Below are positions 18,410 to 27,847 of a DNA stretch of 64,000 nt, one piece after another. The DNA is from Candidatus Omnitrophota bacterium (GTDB lineage: Bacteria; Omnitrophota; Gorgyraeia; Tantalellales; Tantalellaceae), in contig JBDRBG010000116.1 in assembly GCA_043823005.1 (NCBI GenBank), positions 3,989 to 67,988 of the forward strand. The letters are read 5' to 3'. Both the position numbers and the translations under genes were made by a program. Under the pieces are notes generated by a model, which saw only the letters and a program-made list of their open reading frames with translations, had not been told where the DNA came from and searched no databases. The first letter of the stretch is position 1; each line of letters begins with the position of its first letter.

Positions 18410-20134
18410 ATGATGACGCGGATTAAGATATATAGTTTGATATTGTTCGTAAATTTGTGTGTTCTTCTGTCAGGCCTTGTGTATATTCAAATAGCAATGC
18501 ATGACAGATATAAGGTTATGTCAGAGGAAAACAGGCTTAAAGTGGTTCCTATGATGGCGCCGCGCGGACGCATTTTGGACAGAAAAGGAAATGTTCTGGC
18601 AAAAGATGTTTTATGCTTTAAAGTGTCTGTTATCTACGATCGCATAAAAGATATCGGATCGCTTGCTGATTCATTAAGCGCGGTTTTAGATATTCCGGTC
18701 GATAAAATAATTAAGGACATAAAAGAAGGAAGAAAACAACCTTATTCTCCGCTTTGTATCGTTTCTGATATAGGTCTTAATAAAGCTATTCCAATAGAAG
18801 AACTTACTATGAATCAGCCCGGTCTTTTATTGGAAGTGTCTAGCCGGCGAGAATATCTTAATGGATCGTCCTGCTCGAATGTTCTGGGATACGTAGGATT
18901 CATAAACCGTTCTGAATTTGAGAAAATGCGGCATTATGGTTTTGAAATAAACGATCTGGTTGGAAGGGATGGGATAGAAAAATATTATGATAACTATCTT
19001 CGGGGTAAACACGGTGGAAAACAGGTTGAAGTGGATCATCGCGGACGTAAGATTGCTATTCTGGGATTAAAAGAACCTATTGCCGGAAGGGATGCGTATC
19101 TTACGATAGATCTGGATTTGCAGAAATTTTGTGAAGAATTTCTCAAAGGCAGGAAAGGTGCTATTGTTGCCATGAATCCCGGGACCGGAGAGATACTGGC
19201 GATGGCAAGCGCTCCGGATTATGATCCCGGTATTTTTATTGATAACGATAAAAAAAACGAGAGAGAAAAAATCCTGCGTAGCGCTCAATATCCTTTACTA
19301 AACAGGGCTATAGCAGTGGCGTATCCTCCCGGGTCGGTTTTTAAAGCAGTAGTGGCTGTTGCCGGGCTTGAAAGTAAAATAGTTTCTGAGCAAAAAACTT
19401 TTGTTTGTCCGGGGTATCTTGAATTGGGGAAATGGCGATTCGGGTGTTGGCGTAAAAATGGGCATGGGCCCCAGTCTGTAACCAGCGCTCTTAAAAATTC
19501 ATGTAATGTATACTTTTTTAATCTGGGCCTTTTACTTGGAGTTGACCGGATAGCGCAATTTTCGGAACGTTTTGGTTTTGGTCTTAAGGCAGGAATAGAT
19601 CTGCCCGGGGAGAACAAAGGAAACAGACCTACAGCCGCCTGGAAAAAGAAAAAAATAAAAGAATCCTGGTATAAAGGCGATACAGTTAATTATTCAATCG
19701 GGCAGGGGTATCTTTTAGTTTCGCCTTTACAGATAGCCCGCATGATGTCGGTTTTTGCTAATGGAGGGTATTTGGTAAAGCCCTATCTTGTTACAAGAAT
19801 AGAGGATATTTCTATGAACCGCGCGGAAAAGGTTAATCTGAGAATCTCAGGAGAAAATCTGGAAATAGTAAGACAGGGCTTAAAGAAAGTAGTTAATGAT
19901 TCTCGCGGTACAGGAATGAATGCCAGGTTAAATGAAATAGTAGTTGCAGGGAAAACCGGTACCGCGCAAACTTCAGAGGAAAAAAACCACGGATGGTTTG
20001 CCGGGTTTGCTCCGTATGATAATCCAAGTCTTACTGTTGTTGTTTTTGAAGAATACGGAGGCAGGGGAGGATACTTTCCGGCTGAAACAGCAAGAGATAT
20101 ATTTCAACGGGCCAGGGAGCTGGGAATAATTTAG
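18410..20134 (+). CDS. mrdA: Penicillin-binding protein 2
   Basis: APRGRILDR, PPGSVFK (SxxK), SCN, KTGT. Confidence 0.93.
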   Translation: MMTRIKIYSLILFVNLCVLLSGLVYIQIAMHDRYKVMSEENRLKVVPMMAPRGRILDRKGNVLAKDVLCFKVSVIYDRIKDIGSLADSLSAVLDIPVDKIIKDIKEGRKQPYSPLCIVSDIGLNKAIPIEELTMNQPGLLLEVSSRREYLNGSSCSNVLGYVGFINRSEFEKMRHYGFEINDLVGRDGIEKYYDNYLRGKHGGKQVEVDHRGRKIAILGLKEPIAGRDAYLTIDLDLQKFCEEFLKGRKGAIVAMNPGTGEILAMASAPDYDPGIFIDNDKKNEREKILRSAQYPLLNRAIAVAYPPGSVFKAVVAVAGLESKIVSEQKTFVCPGYLELGKWRFGCWRKNGHGPQSVTSALKNSCNVYFFNLGLLLGVDRIAQFSERFGFGLKAGIDLPGENKGNRPTAAWKKKKIKESWYKGDTVNYSIGQGYLLVSPLQIARMMSVFANGGYLVKPYLVTRIEDISMNRAEKVNLRISGENLEIVRQGLKKVVNDSRGTGMNARLNEIVVAGKTGTAQTSEEKNHGWFAGFAPYDNPSLTVVVFEEYGGRGGYFPAETARDIFQRARELGII

Positions 20135-20250
20135 CCGTTAGTCGGGGGTCGTTTGTCGTTAGTCCAGAGGAGGGGCGGTTTGCGAACCGCCTTGATAAGA
20201 AAAAAGGATAAAGGGGAAAGTTAGAGTTGTTTGAAATTTGGACAACAAGG

Positions 20251-20670
20251 TCCCGCCTGAGGCGGGTAGACTGGGACGGGTCTCCTGTGGAAGTGTAAAC
20301 TCTAGCAGAGAGTAAGTCCCATTAATTTTTATTTTTATTCGTCATTGCGAGGAGCGCCCGCCGAAGGACGGGTCCAGTCTACCCGCCTCTGGCGGAAAGC
20401 GACGCGGCAATTTCAAATGGAAAAGCCCCATCCGTCTTTGCGAGGGAGCGAGAGCGACCGCGGCAATCTCAATAATAATATAGTTTCTCACAAAATTTAT
20501 ATTTTTATTGCTACATGAGATTGCTTCGCCCATTCTCGTTTCCTATTCCCCATTTTTATGGGGACAAGCTTCATGGTCTCGCAAAGACGTTGCGACACAG
20601 CCTGATTGCGAGTCCTGAGTTTGTCGTCCACCGGAGTCGGATTTGCTTAGGCAGAGAGGGCGAAGCAATT
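20251..20670. repeat. Composite repeat cluster (CCGCC hairpins, GGGAC...GTCCC hairpin, REP units, REP doublet with TTGCGACACAGCCTGA end)
   Basis: 20434-20605 is largely the reverse complement of 26054-26214. Confidence 0.8.
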
Positions 20671-20695
20671 TATTGGGAGATACAAAGGTGAAAAT

Positions 20696-21790
20696 ATGAT
20701 CAATTTAGGAAGAGGACGGATAGATAAACTTTTGCTGTTTTCAATGATGATGATATCTGCTTTGGGAATAATTTTTATTTACAGTGCTACATGGAGCAAA
20801 TCAGCCGTGGCTCAAACTGATATGATGGTGATTAAACAAAGTTTATGGGTATTTGTCGGCATGATTTTTCTTATTGTGATTGTGAACATGGATTATCTCA
20901 GGATATTAAATTTTGCTTATATTGTTTATGGATTAAATCTTTTGGCTCTTGTCTTTCTTCTTTTTTTCGGAGGCGAAAGGTATGGCGCAAGGAGGTGGAT
21001 AGCATTAGGGCCGATTTCTCTTCAACCGTCTGAATTTATGAAGATTACGGTAATTCTGGCTTTATCTGCTTTTCTTGGAGACCGCAGGGAAAAGATCGGT
21101 AGTCTTAAAAATTATATCGGCGCTCTTGTTCTAATAGCTCCCGCGGTAATTCTTATTTTTCTTCAGCCTGATCTGGGTACGGCTTTTGTGCTGGTACCGA
21201 TACTTTTTTCCATTTTATTTATATGCGGGGAAAATATAAAACACATTATTTTTACAATTGCCGCGGGGTTAAGTTGTCTGCCGTTTTTTTGGACTCTTTT
21301 GAAGGAGTATCAAAGAAACAGGTTAATGGTTTTTTTAAGGCCTGATTTAGATCCTTTAGGAGCGGGTTACACCATAATGCAGTCCAAAATAGCAATAGGT
21401 TCAGGCGGGTTGTTTGGAAAAGGATGGTTGAATGGGTCACAGTGCTATCTTAGGTTCCTTCCTGAAAGGCATACGGATTTTATATTTTCTGTGATAGGCG
21501 AAGAATGGGGGTTTTTAGGAGCCGTTATTTTAATCGGGCTTTATGTATTATTTATAGCGCGGGGAATAAAGATATTGCATAAGAGTGATGATATTTATGG
21601 TAAAGCTATAGCTGCCGGCGTTGTAACGCTAATAGCTTTTCAGGTAGTAGTGAATATATCCATGACCATAGGTTTAATGCCTGTGGTTGGATTGCCTCTT
21701 CCGGCTATAAGTTACGGAGGGTCAAACACTGTTACTTTTTTTATAGCCGCGGGGTTTTTGTTAAGTATAAGCCGCAGAATTAGTCGTTAG
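20696..21790 (+). CDS. rodA: Rod shape-determining protein RodA
   Basis: GARRW, QPSEFMK, QPDLGT, GSGGLFGKG, LPERHTDFIF, SYGGS. Confidence 0.95.
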   Translation: MINLGRGRIDKLLLFSMMMISALGIIFIYSATWSKSAVAQTDMMVIKQSLWVFVGMIFLIVIVNMDYLRILNFAYIVYGLNLLALVFLLFFGGERYGARRWIALGPISLQPSEFMKITVILALSAFLGDRREKIGSLKNYIGALVLIAPAVILIFLQPDLGTAFVLVPILFSILFICGENIKHIIFTIAAGLSCLPFFWTLLKEYQRNRLMVFLRPDLDPLGAGYTIMQSKIAIGSGGLFGKGWLNGSQCYLRFLPERHTDFIFSVIGEEWGFLGAVILIGLYVLFIARGIKILHKSDDIYGKAIAAGVVTLIAFQVVVNISMTIGLMPVVGLPLPAISYGGSNTVTFFIAAGFLLSISRRISR

Positions 21791-21851
21791 TCGGGAGTCG
21801 TTAGTCGGGAGTTGTTCGTCGTTAGTAGTATATGGGATATATAGCAATATT

Positions 21852-23612
21852 ATGAAAAAAGAAATTACACAATTATTAGATAAAGTCCAAAAACCGGGAC
21901 GATATATAGGCGGGGAGATTAACAGTGTGGTTAAGGCTTTTTCAAAGAAACGGATAAAGATTGCTTTGGCATATCCGGACATTTATGAAATAGGGATGAG
22001 TAATCTTGGTCTTGTGATATTGTATCATCTTTTGAACGAACGTGATGATGTCTTATGTGAACGTGTATTTATGCCTTGGGAAGATATGGAAAAAGAACTT
22101 ATCAGCGCCAAAACACGGCTTTTTAGTCTTGAATCAAAAAAGGCGATAAATCAATTTGATATTGTTGGTTTTTCGCTTTCATATGAACTTACATATACCA
22201 ATGTTTTGCAAATGCTGTACCTCGCCGGTATATCTTTAAGGTCAAAGGATCGAGGCCCTGAAGAGCCTTTGATAATAGCGGGCGGAACATGTTCTTATAA
22301 CCCCGAGCCTATGAGTGATTTTATAGATGTTTTTATAATAGGCGAAGGAGAAGAGTCTATTCTCAGGTTTATCGATAAGTACAAAGAATGCCGGACAAGC
22401 GGGATGGATAGAAGAAAACTGCTGTACGCGTTATCATGTCTGGATAATGTATATGTTCCCGCTCTTTATCGGGCTGAATATGTTGATGACAAATTTTTCA
22501 AACTTTTTTCTTTGCATGAAAACGCCGCGCCTGTTATAAAAAAAGCCGTTGTAGAAGATTTTGAGAATGCGTATTATCCGGTTAAGCAGATAGTGCCTTT
22601 TATAAAAATCATACATGACCGTATGGCTGTTGAGATAATGAGAGGATGTCCTAATGCGTGCCGTTTTTGTCAGGCATGTGTTGTTAATCGTCCCGTAAGA
22701 GTCAGATCTTCTGAAAGGATAAGAAAGATCTGTTCGGATACTTATAAAAACACGGGATATGAAAGGATAGGGCTTCTTTCTCTTTCAAGTGTAAATTATC
22801 CGTATTTATCAAATGTGATGAAGGCCCTGGATCAGGATTTTAAAGGTTTGGGAGTCGGCATATCAATACCTTCTCTTAGAATAGATACAGCGTTCTATGA
22901 GTTGCCTGAGATAATGGCATCAGTACGCAAAAGCGGTTTGACTTTTGCTCCTGAATCTGCTGATAAAAGTATAAACAGGGCCATAGGTAAAGACATTGAC
23001 CGGGATGTTTTGTTTAAGTCAGCTTTAGCCGCTTTTTCGCATGGCTGGCGCAGATTGAAATTATATTTTATGGTAGGTTTTCCTCTGGTAGACAGAAATG
23101 AAATTGAGGGGATAATAATGCTTGCAAGGGAGCTTTCGGTATTAAAAAATAAAGTGTCCCGCGGATCGGCTGAAATAAAAGTAAGTGTGAATCCGTTTAT
23201 CCCAAAACCGCATACGCCTTTACAATGGTATGGTATGGCCGGGATATCTAAAATATCTAATGCTAAAACCTTATTTTTAAATAGTTATTCAAAAAAAATA
23301 AAACATGAGTTTCATGATCCGGAACAGTCTGTCGTGGAAGCATGTCTTTCGCGCGGGGATCGCCGAATAAGTTGCGTGATATATACAGCCTGGAGAAAAG
23401 GCGCGAAAATGGATGGGTGGAGTGATTTTTTTAATTTTAATACATGGAAAAGTTCTTTTCAGGCCCAGGGGATAGATATTTATAACTATGCGGCTCAAGC
23501 ATATTCTATTGACGACCCTTTGCCGTGGCAGCATATACTGGTTTCAATGAAAAAAGAACATCTGATAGAAGAATTTCAGGAATATAACAGACAAATATTG
23601 AACAGTGAATAG
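21852..23612 (+). CDS. TIGR03960-like B12-binding radical SAM protein
   Basis: KPGRYIGGEIN, YPDIYEIGMS, RGCPNACRFC (CxxxCxxC), TFAPE, PKPHTP; canonical position after rodA. Confidence 0.88.
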   Translation: MKKEITQLLDKVQKPGRYIGGEINSVVKAFSKKRIKIALAYPDIYEIGMSNLGLVILYHLLNERDDVLCERVFMPWEDMEKELISAKTRLFSLESKKAINQFDIVGFSLSYELTYTNVLQMLYLAGISLRSKDRGPEEPLIIAGGTCSYNPEPMSDFIDVFIIGEGEESILRFIDKYKECRTSGMDRRKLLYALSCLDNVYVPALYRAEYVDDKFFKLFSLHENAAPVIKKAVVEDFENAYYPVKQIVPFIKIIHDRMAVEIMRGCPNACRFCQACVVNRPVRVRSSERIRKICSDTYKNTGYERIGLLSLSSVNYPYLSNVMKALDQDFKGLGVGISIPSLRIDTAFYELPEIMASVRKSGLTFAPESADKSINRAIGKDIDRDVLFKSALAAFSHGWRRLKLYFMVGFPLVDRNEIEGIIMLARELSVLKNKVSRGSAEIKVSVNPFIPKPHTPLQWYGMAGISKISNAKTLFLNSYSKKIKHEFHDPEQSVVEACLSRGDRRISCVIYTAWRKGAKMDGWSDFFNFNTWKSSFQAQGIDIYNYAAQAYSIDDPLPWQHILVSMKKEHLIEEFQEYNRQILNSE

Positions 23613-23618
23613 TTATTC

Positions 23619-23760
23619 GGTTGACAGTTGACGGTTAGTTGGTTGATGGTTAAGGGGAAGGGCTCTTGACGGGTAAACAGTCAACGAACCAACGATCAAC
23701 CGTCAACAAACGGGTGATTTGATAGTGAATGAAAAGTGTAAACTTTTTTAGAACGATACA
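23619..23760. repeat. Inverted GTTGA/TCAAC arrays plus a solo TGT...ACA-type right end
   Basis: 23619-23717 near-identical to 36040-36138; 23731-23760 matches 1141-1170. Confidence 0.8.
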
Positions 23761-24235
23761 AGGAAGTAGTTGGTTGGTGAATAGTGAATGGTTGATCGAG
23801 GCTTAACCTGAAAACATAAAAAATGAAAAGGAGGGACATGCCTGTAAGCGGCGCAGTTCACAACATATCAACTTAGAGTGTTTCTGCTTTGTCATTGCGC
23901 GAAGGAGCCAAAGGCGACGACGCGGTAATTTCTATTCACCATGTACCAACTACTGTTCGCTTTTTTAAAAACCGATTTCCAGATTTTTCACCACAGAGTC
24001 TCTGAGGCACAGAGCCATTCAAAATCCAAAAATATCTTTTTTTTCTCGTCTCAGTTTATTTCTCCCTCAGTGTCTCTGTGCTCTCTGTGGTTATTTTTTC
24101 TTTTTATTCTATTTCTATTCGAGTTTGCCGCGTCGCTACGCTCCTCGCAATGACGGATGGGAGTTTGCCGCATCGCCCCTTTGGGGCTCCCGCAATGACG
24201 GTCTTCTCCGTCTTTGCGAGCGAAGCGAAGCCCTA

Positions 24236-24304
24236 CCAATGCTCTTATTCATCGCATTTCCAGGATCATTTTTCGTTATTCACAAAAAATGTCAATCTCT
24301 TTTT
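24236..24304 (+). repeat. 69-bp inverted repeat, left copy
   Basis: Reverse complement of 40921-40989 with 2 mismatches. Confidence 0.9.
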
Positions 24305-24443
24305 TTCTTCAGCCTTCAACCTTGAACCTTGAACGGCTCCGAAGGAGCCTTAACGCGACCGCGGCAATCTCCCTCAAAAAATGTACAAACCTGTTGTATT
24401 CGATATCCCTTTCTTATAATATATTACTATTTCTCTTCCAATT

Positions 24444-24472
24444 TTGACTTTTAATTTTTCCTCATGTATTAT
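24444..24472 (+). promoter_or_regulatory. Putative sigma70 promoter of the GGDEF gene
   Basis: TTGACT-17 bp-TATTAT. Confidence 0.5.
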
Positions 24473-24567
24473 TAATAATACATTAAGGTTATAACTGTCC
24501 CATACAGTTAATGTTTTATTTAATTTTGGGACAGAAAATTATATTTATAATATATAGGAGGTGTTTT

Positions 24568-25983
24568 GTGGGGTTCCTTCAATCTTTGTCAGTAGAGCAG
24601 AAAGGGCTTCGATATAAATTAATGATAGCATTTTCTTTGATGTCAATCATTCCTTTGCTGATTCTGACCTATTTTGTGACAAATTACATTTTTGAAGCCG
24701 AAGAAAACACATTTCAGCTGGCAGCCGTTGTAATGTTTACTTTATGGATAGCCTTTACAGGATATTTGTTGGCAAAAAACATTATAATGCCTGTTATTGG
24801 TCTTTCGATTGCAGCAAAAAAAATAGCTACAGGAAGTTATGATTCGAAGATTCTGATGGAGAGAGAAGATGAGCTGGGAGAGATAGCTTCAGCAGTCAAT
24901 TCCATGACCGGAAGAATGAGCGGTTATCTCGGAAAATTGCGTGAGTACAGTAAAGAAACAGCATCACTTAACGTGAGAATACACAGAAAAGTGCTTACGC
25001 TTACTAATTTAATGGGATTGGGAGATCTTATTAGCGAAGAAGCGGAGTTTGAGGAGATAGCTGATTATGCGGCGGAAAAAATAGCAGGTGAATTATACGG
25101 CGGGTTTTGCGCTATTTTCACCAAAGAAGGAGAAAACAAAACAAAATATGTTTTAAAATCTTTTACTAATAATTCAGGGAAAGAGTCGATTGTAAAATCT
25201 TTAAAAGAAGAACTTCCTTTGGCAGAAGATCTTTTCAAAAAAAATGAATATCTACTGGTTGACGCACATCCGTTGCGGAAGAGATGGCAAAAAGAACTGC
25301 GGGAAAAACTGGGTCATATAAATGCGGTAATTTTTTCTATGAAACTTAACGCGACTGTAGTAGGAGTCATACTTTTCGGAAATTTCGGGAGAGAATTTAG
25401 TTTTAGCGCCGAGGATATAGAAGTACTAAGAGCCTTTGAAAAAGAGTTAATCCTGGGATATCAGAGCGCGCAAGTCCGGAAAAGGGTAAAAAAGCTGGAA
25501 GTTGTGGATAATCTTACCGGATTGTATACATTTTCCTATTTGCAGGATCGTTTGGATGATGAGATCAAGAGATCCGTTTATTATCAGCGGCCGTGTTCGC
25601 TTATATTGATAGATGTAGATGATTTTGAGAAATATACGGGTTCTTACGGTTCGAAAAAAGCCGAGCAGGTCTTAATAATGGTTGCGAAGCTTTTAAGCGG
25701 TGAAATGCTTCCTGTCGGAAAAGTGGCTCGTTCCGGACGCGATGAGTTTGGAATTCTTTTGCCGGAGATGAACAAAAGAGAGGCTCTTTCCACGGGAGAG
25801 GATATTCGAAAAAAGATCGAAAAAATGGAGCTATCAATGGCTCTGGAAGACAGAATTACGGTGAGTATAGGTATAGGAGAAAATCCTATAGACGGAGCAA
25901 ATGCTAAAGATATTATAGCAAAGGCGCGGCTTAATATAAAGAAAGCAAAGACGCAGGGAAAAAACACAATTGTCGGAGAGTAA
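24568..25983 (+). CDS. Membrane HAMP-GAF-like-GGDEF protein with degenerate catalytic motif
   Basis: 2 TM, HAMP (REDELGEIA), DNLTGLY, DVDDF, RSGRDEF, ITVSIG; GTG start after AGGAGG. Confidence 0.8.
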   Translation: MGFLQSLSVEQKGLRYKLMIAFSLMSIIPLLILTYFVTNYIFEAEENTFQLAAVVMFTLWIAFTGYLLAKNIIMPVIGLSIAAKKIATGSYDSKILMEREDELGEIASAVNSMTGRMSGYLGKLREYSKETASLNVRIHRKVLTLTNLMGLGDLISEEAEFEEIADYAAEKIAGELYGGFCAIFTKEGENKTKYVLKSFTNNSGKESIVKSLKEELPLAEDLFKKNEYLLVDAHPLRKRWQKELREKLGHINAVIFSMKLNATVVGVILFGNFGREFSFSAEDIEVLRAFEKELILGYQSAQVRKRVKKLEVVDNLTGLYTFSYLQDRLDDEIKRSVYYQRPCSLILIDVDDFEKYTGSYGSKKAEQVLIMVAKLLSGEMLPVGKVARSGRDEFGILLPEMNKREALSTGEDIRKKIEKMELSMALEDRITVSIGIGENPIDGANAKDIIAKARLNIKKAKTQGKNTIVGE

Positions 25984-26053
25984 GACATGTGTAACGCGTA
26001 AGAAAAATTATTTTTGAACTAAAGTTATGAAAAATGCATTTTTTACGTCATTT

Positions 26054-26214
26054 AAGCTGTGTCATAACGTCTTTGCGAGCCCATGAAATGGGCGAAGCAA
26101 TCTCAAATAGCAATAAAAATATAAATTTTATGGGTAAACTACATTATTATTGAGATTGCCGCGGTCGCTTTAGCGCCCTCGCAAAGACAGAATTTGAATT
26201 GCGACACAGGCTGA
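26054..26214. mobile_element. REP-doublet (REPIN/MITE-like) element with GCTGTGTC...GACACAG ends
   Basis: Two inverted REP units around a conserved AT-rich spacer; near copy at 43957-44115. Confidence 0.7.
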
Positions 26215-26273
26215 ATGACAAATAAGTTATTTTGAAAAAGTCTAATTTTTTAACAAAAAAGGAGAAAAGAAAA

Positions 26274-27338
26274 GTGAGAGAGGATATAAGAAAAATTTTA
26301 GCCGCTATGCCGGAAAGAAAAGCTTCAGATCTTCATATTGGAGTGAATCGTCCCATGCATTATCGTATAGACGAAGATCTTGTGGGTATAGACAGTAACG
26401 TATTATCGGCAAAAGAAGTAAAAGAGATAGTTTACAGTCTTCTTTCTCCTGAACAAATAAAAAGGTTTGAAGAAAACAAAGAGCTTGATTTCTCTTTGGA
26501 GATAGAGAATGTAGGCAGGTACAGGTGTAACGCTTTTTTTCAGCGTCAGCATATAGGATGTGCCGTAAGATTAATACCTATTCACATATGGAGTATTGCT
26601 GATTGCGGATTGCCCGAAGATATTGTCCTTCAGTTTTGCAAAACCTTAAAAGGGTTGATCCTGGTTACCGGCGCTACGGGCAGCGGAAAATCCACTACAC
26701 TTGCCGCTATGCTGGACGAGATAAACCGTACTCGTAAATGCCATATAGTAACAGTTGAAGATCCAATCGAGTTTCTTCATAAAAATAAAAACGCTATTAT
26801 TGAGCAAAGACAGATTCTGGAAGATACTCATTCGTTTTCAAGCGCTTTACGTCATGTTCTGCGTCAGGATCCTGATGTTATTCTTATAGGAGAACTCAGG
26901 GATCTTGATACGATTCAGCAGGCGATGATAATCGCGGATACCGGCCATCTTGTTTTAGCGACTCTGCATACTTCTGACAGCACGCAGACAATAAACAGAA
27001 TAGTTGACGTGTTTCCGGCTCATCAGCAGAGGCAGATAAGGGTTCAGTTATCATTTGTTCTTACGGGTATTTTGGCACAGCAATTGATCCCTCGTAAAAA
27101 TGATAAAGGAAGAGTTCTGGCTTCAGAAATTCTGATAGCTAATTCAGCTATTAGAAGCATGATAAGGGATGCAAAGGAACCGCAGATATATTCTACGATT
27201 CAGACATCTCAAAAGATAGGCATGAAAACCATGAATCAGGCGCTTGTTGAACTGTATTCTTCAGGAGTCATAACTTATGAGGACGCGGTTTTCCGATCTT
27301 CCAATCCGGATGAACTTATTAAACTTATTGAAGGTTGA
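26274..27338 (+). CDS. pilT: Type IV pilus retraction ATPase
   Basis: ASDLHI, GATGSGKST, EDPIE, LRQDPD, TGHLVLATLHT, AIRSMIR; start GTG 26274 or TTG 26232. Confidence 0.9.
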   Translation: MREDIRKILAAMPERKASDLHIGVNRPMHYRIDEDLVGIDSNVLSAKEVKEIVYSLLSPEQIKRFEENKELDFSLEIENVGRYRCNAFFQRQHIGCAVRLIPIHIWSIADCGLPEDIVLQFCKTLKGLILVTGATGSGKSTTLAAMLDEINRTRKCHIVTVEDPIEFLHKNKNAIIEQRQILEDTHSFSSALRHVLRQDPDVILIGELRDLDTIQQAMIIADTGHLVLATLHTSDSTQTINRIVDVFPAHQQRQIRVQLSFVLTGILAQQLIPRKNDKGRVLASEILIANSAIRSMIRDAKEPQIYSTIQTSQKIGMKTMNQALVELYSSGVITYEDAVFRSSNPDELIKLIEG

Positions 27339-27376
27339 GATTTTGAAGAGCATAATTTTTTATAAGCAGGTGTAAA

Positions 27377-27820
27377 GTGACAGAGGGACGTAAAGGGAAA
27401 AAACTTGGTGAAATTCTGATAAAATGTGATGTTATTTCAGCCGATCAACTGGAAAAAGCTCTTAATTTTCAACGCCGGGAAGGCGGCCTTTTGGGAGAGA
27501 TTCTGGTTAAGCTGGGATATTTGCATGAACAGGATATTATTAAAGCCTTAACAGCGCAATACGGTTTTCCGTATATTCCGCTGGAAAGTTATAATCTTAA
27601 AAAAGAAACGGCAAAACTGATTCCGGAAAATGTGGCGAGACAATATTGTATTGTGCCTCTGGATAGTATAGGCGATATTTTGACCATTGCGATGTCAAAT
27701 CCTCTTAACGATAAAGCTATTGAAGATGTAGAGATGATAACAAAAAAGAAAGTTAAAGTTTTTATAAGCACACTTACGTCTATGCATAATGCGCTGGATA
27801 GAATATATGCAAGAGAGTAG
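27377..27820 (+). CDS. Stand-alone MshEN/GspE N-terminal domain protein
   Basis: Tandem KLGEILI...QLEKALNFQ and LLGEILVKLG...ALTAQ motifs, IAMSNP; no ATPase domain. Confidence 0.8.
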   Translation: MTEGRKGKKLGEILIKCDVISADQLEKALNFQRREGGLLGEILVKLGYLHEQDIIKALTAQYGFPYIPLESYNLKKETAKLIPENVARQYCIVPLDSIGDILTIAMSNPLNDKAIEDVEMITKKKVKVFISTLTSMHNALDRIYARE

Positions 27821-27847
27821 AAATATTAAGCGGGTTCAATCTGTACT

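Noticed and set aside
23941-24447. Several overlapping short ORFs
   Set aside because: They are translations of stacked repeats with no RBS or protein motifs; the same peptide recurs at 40654-41031 because of the inverted repeat.
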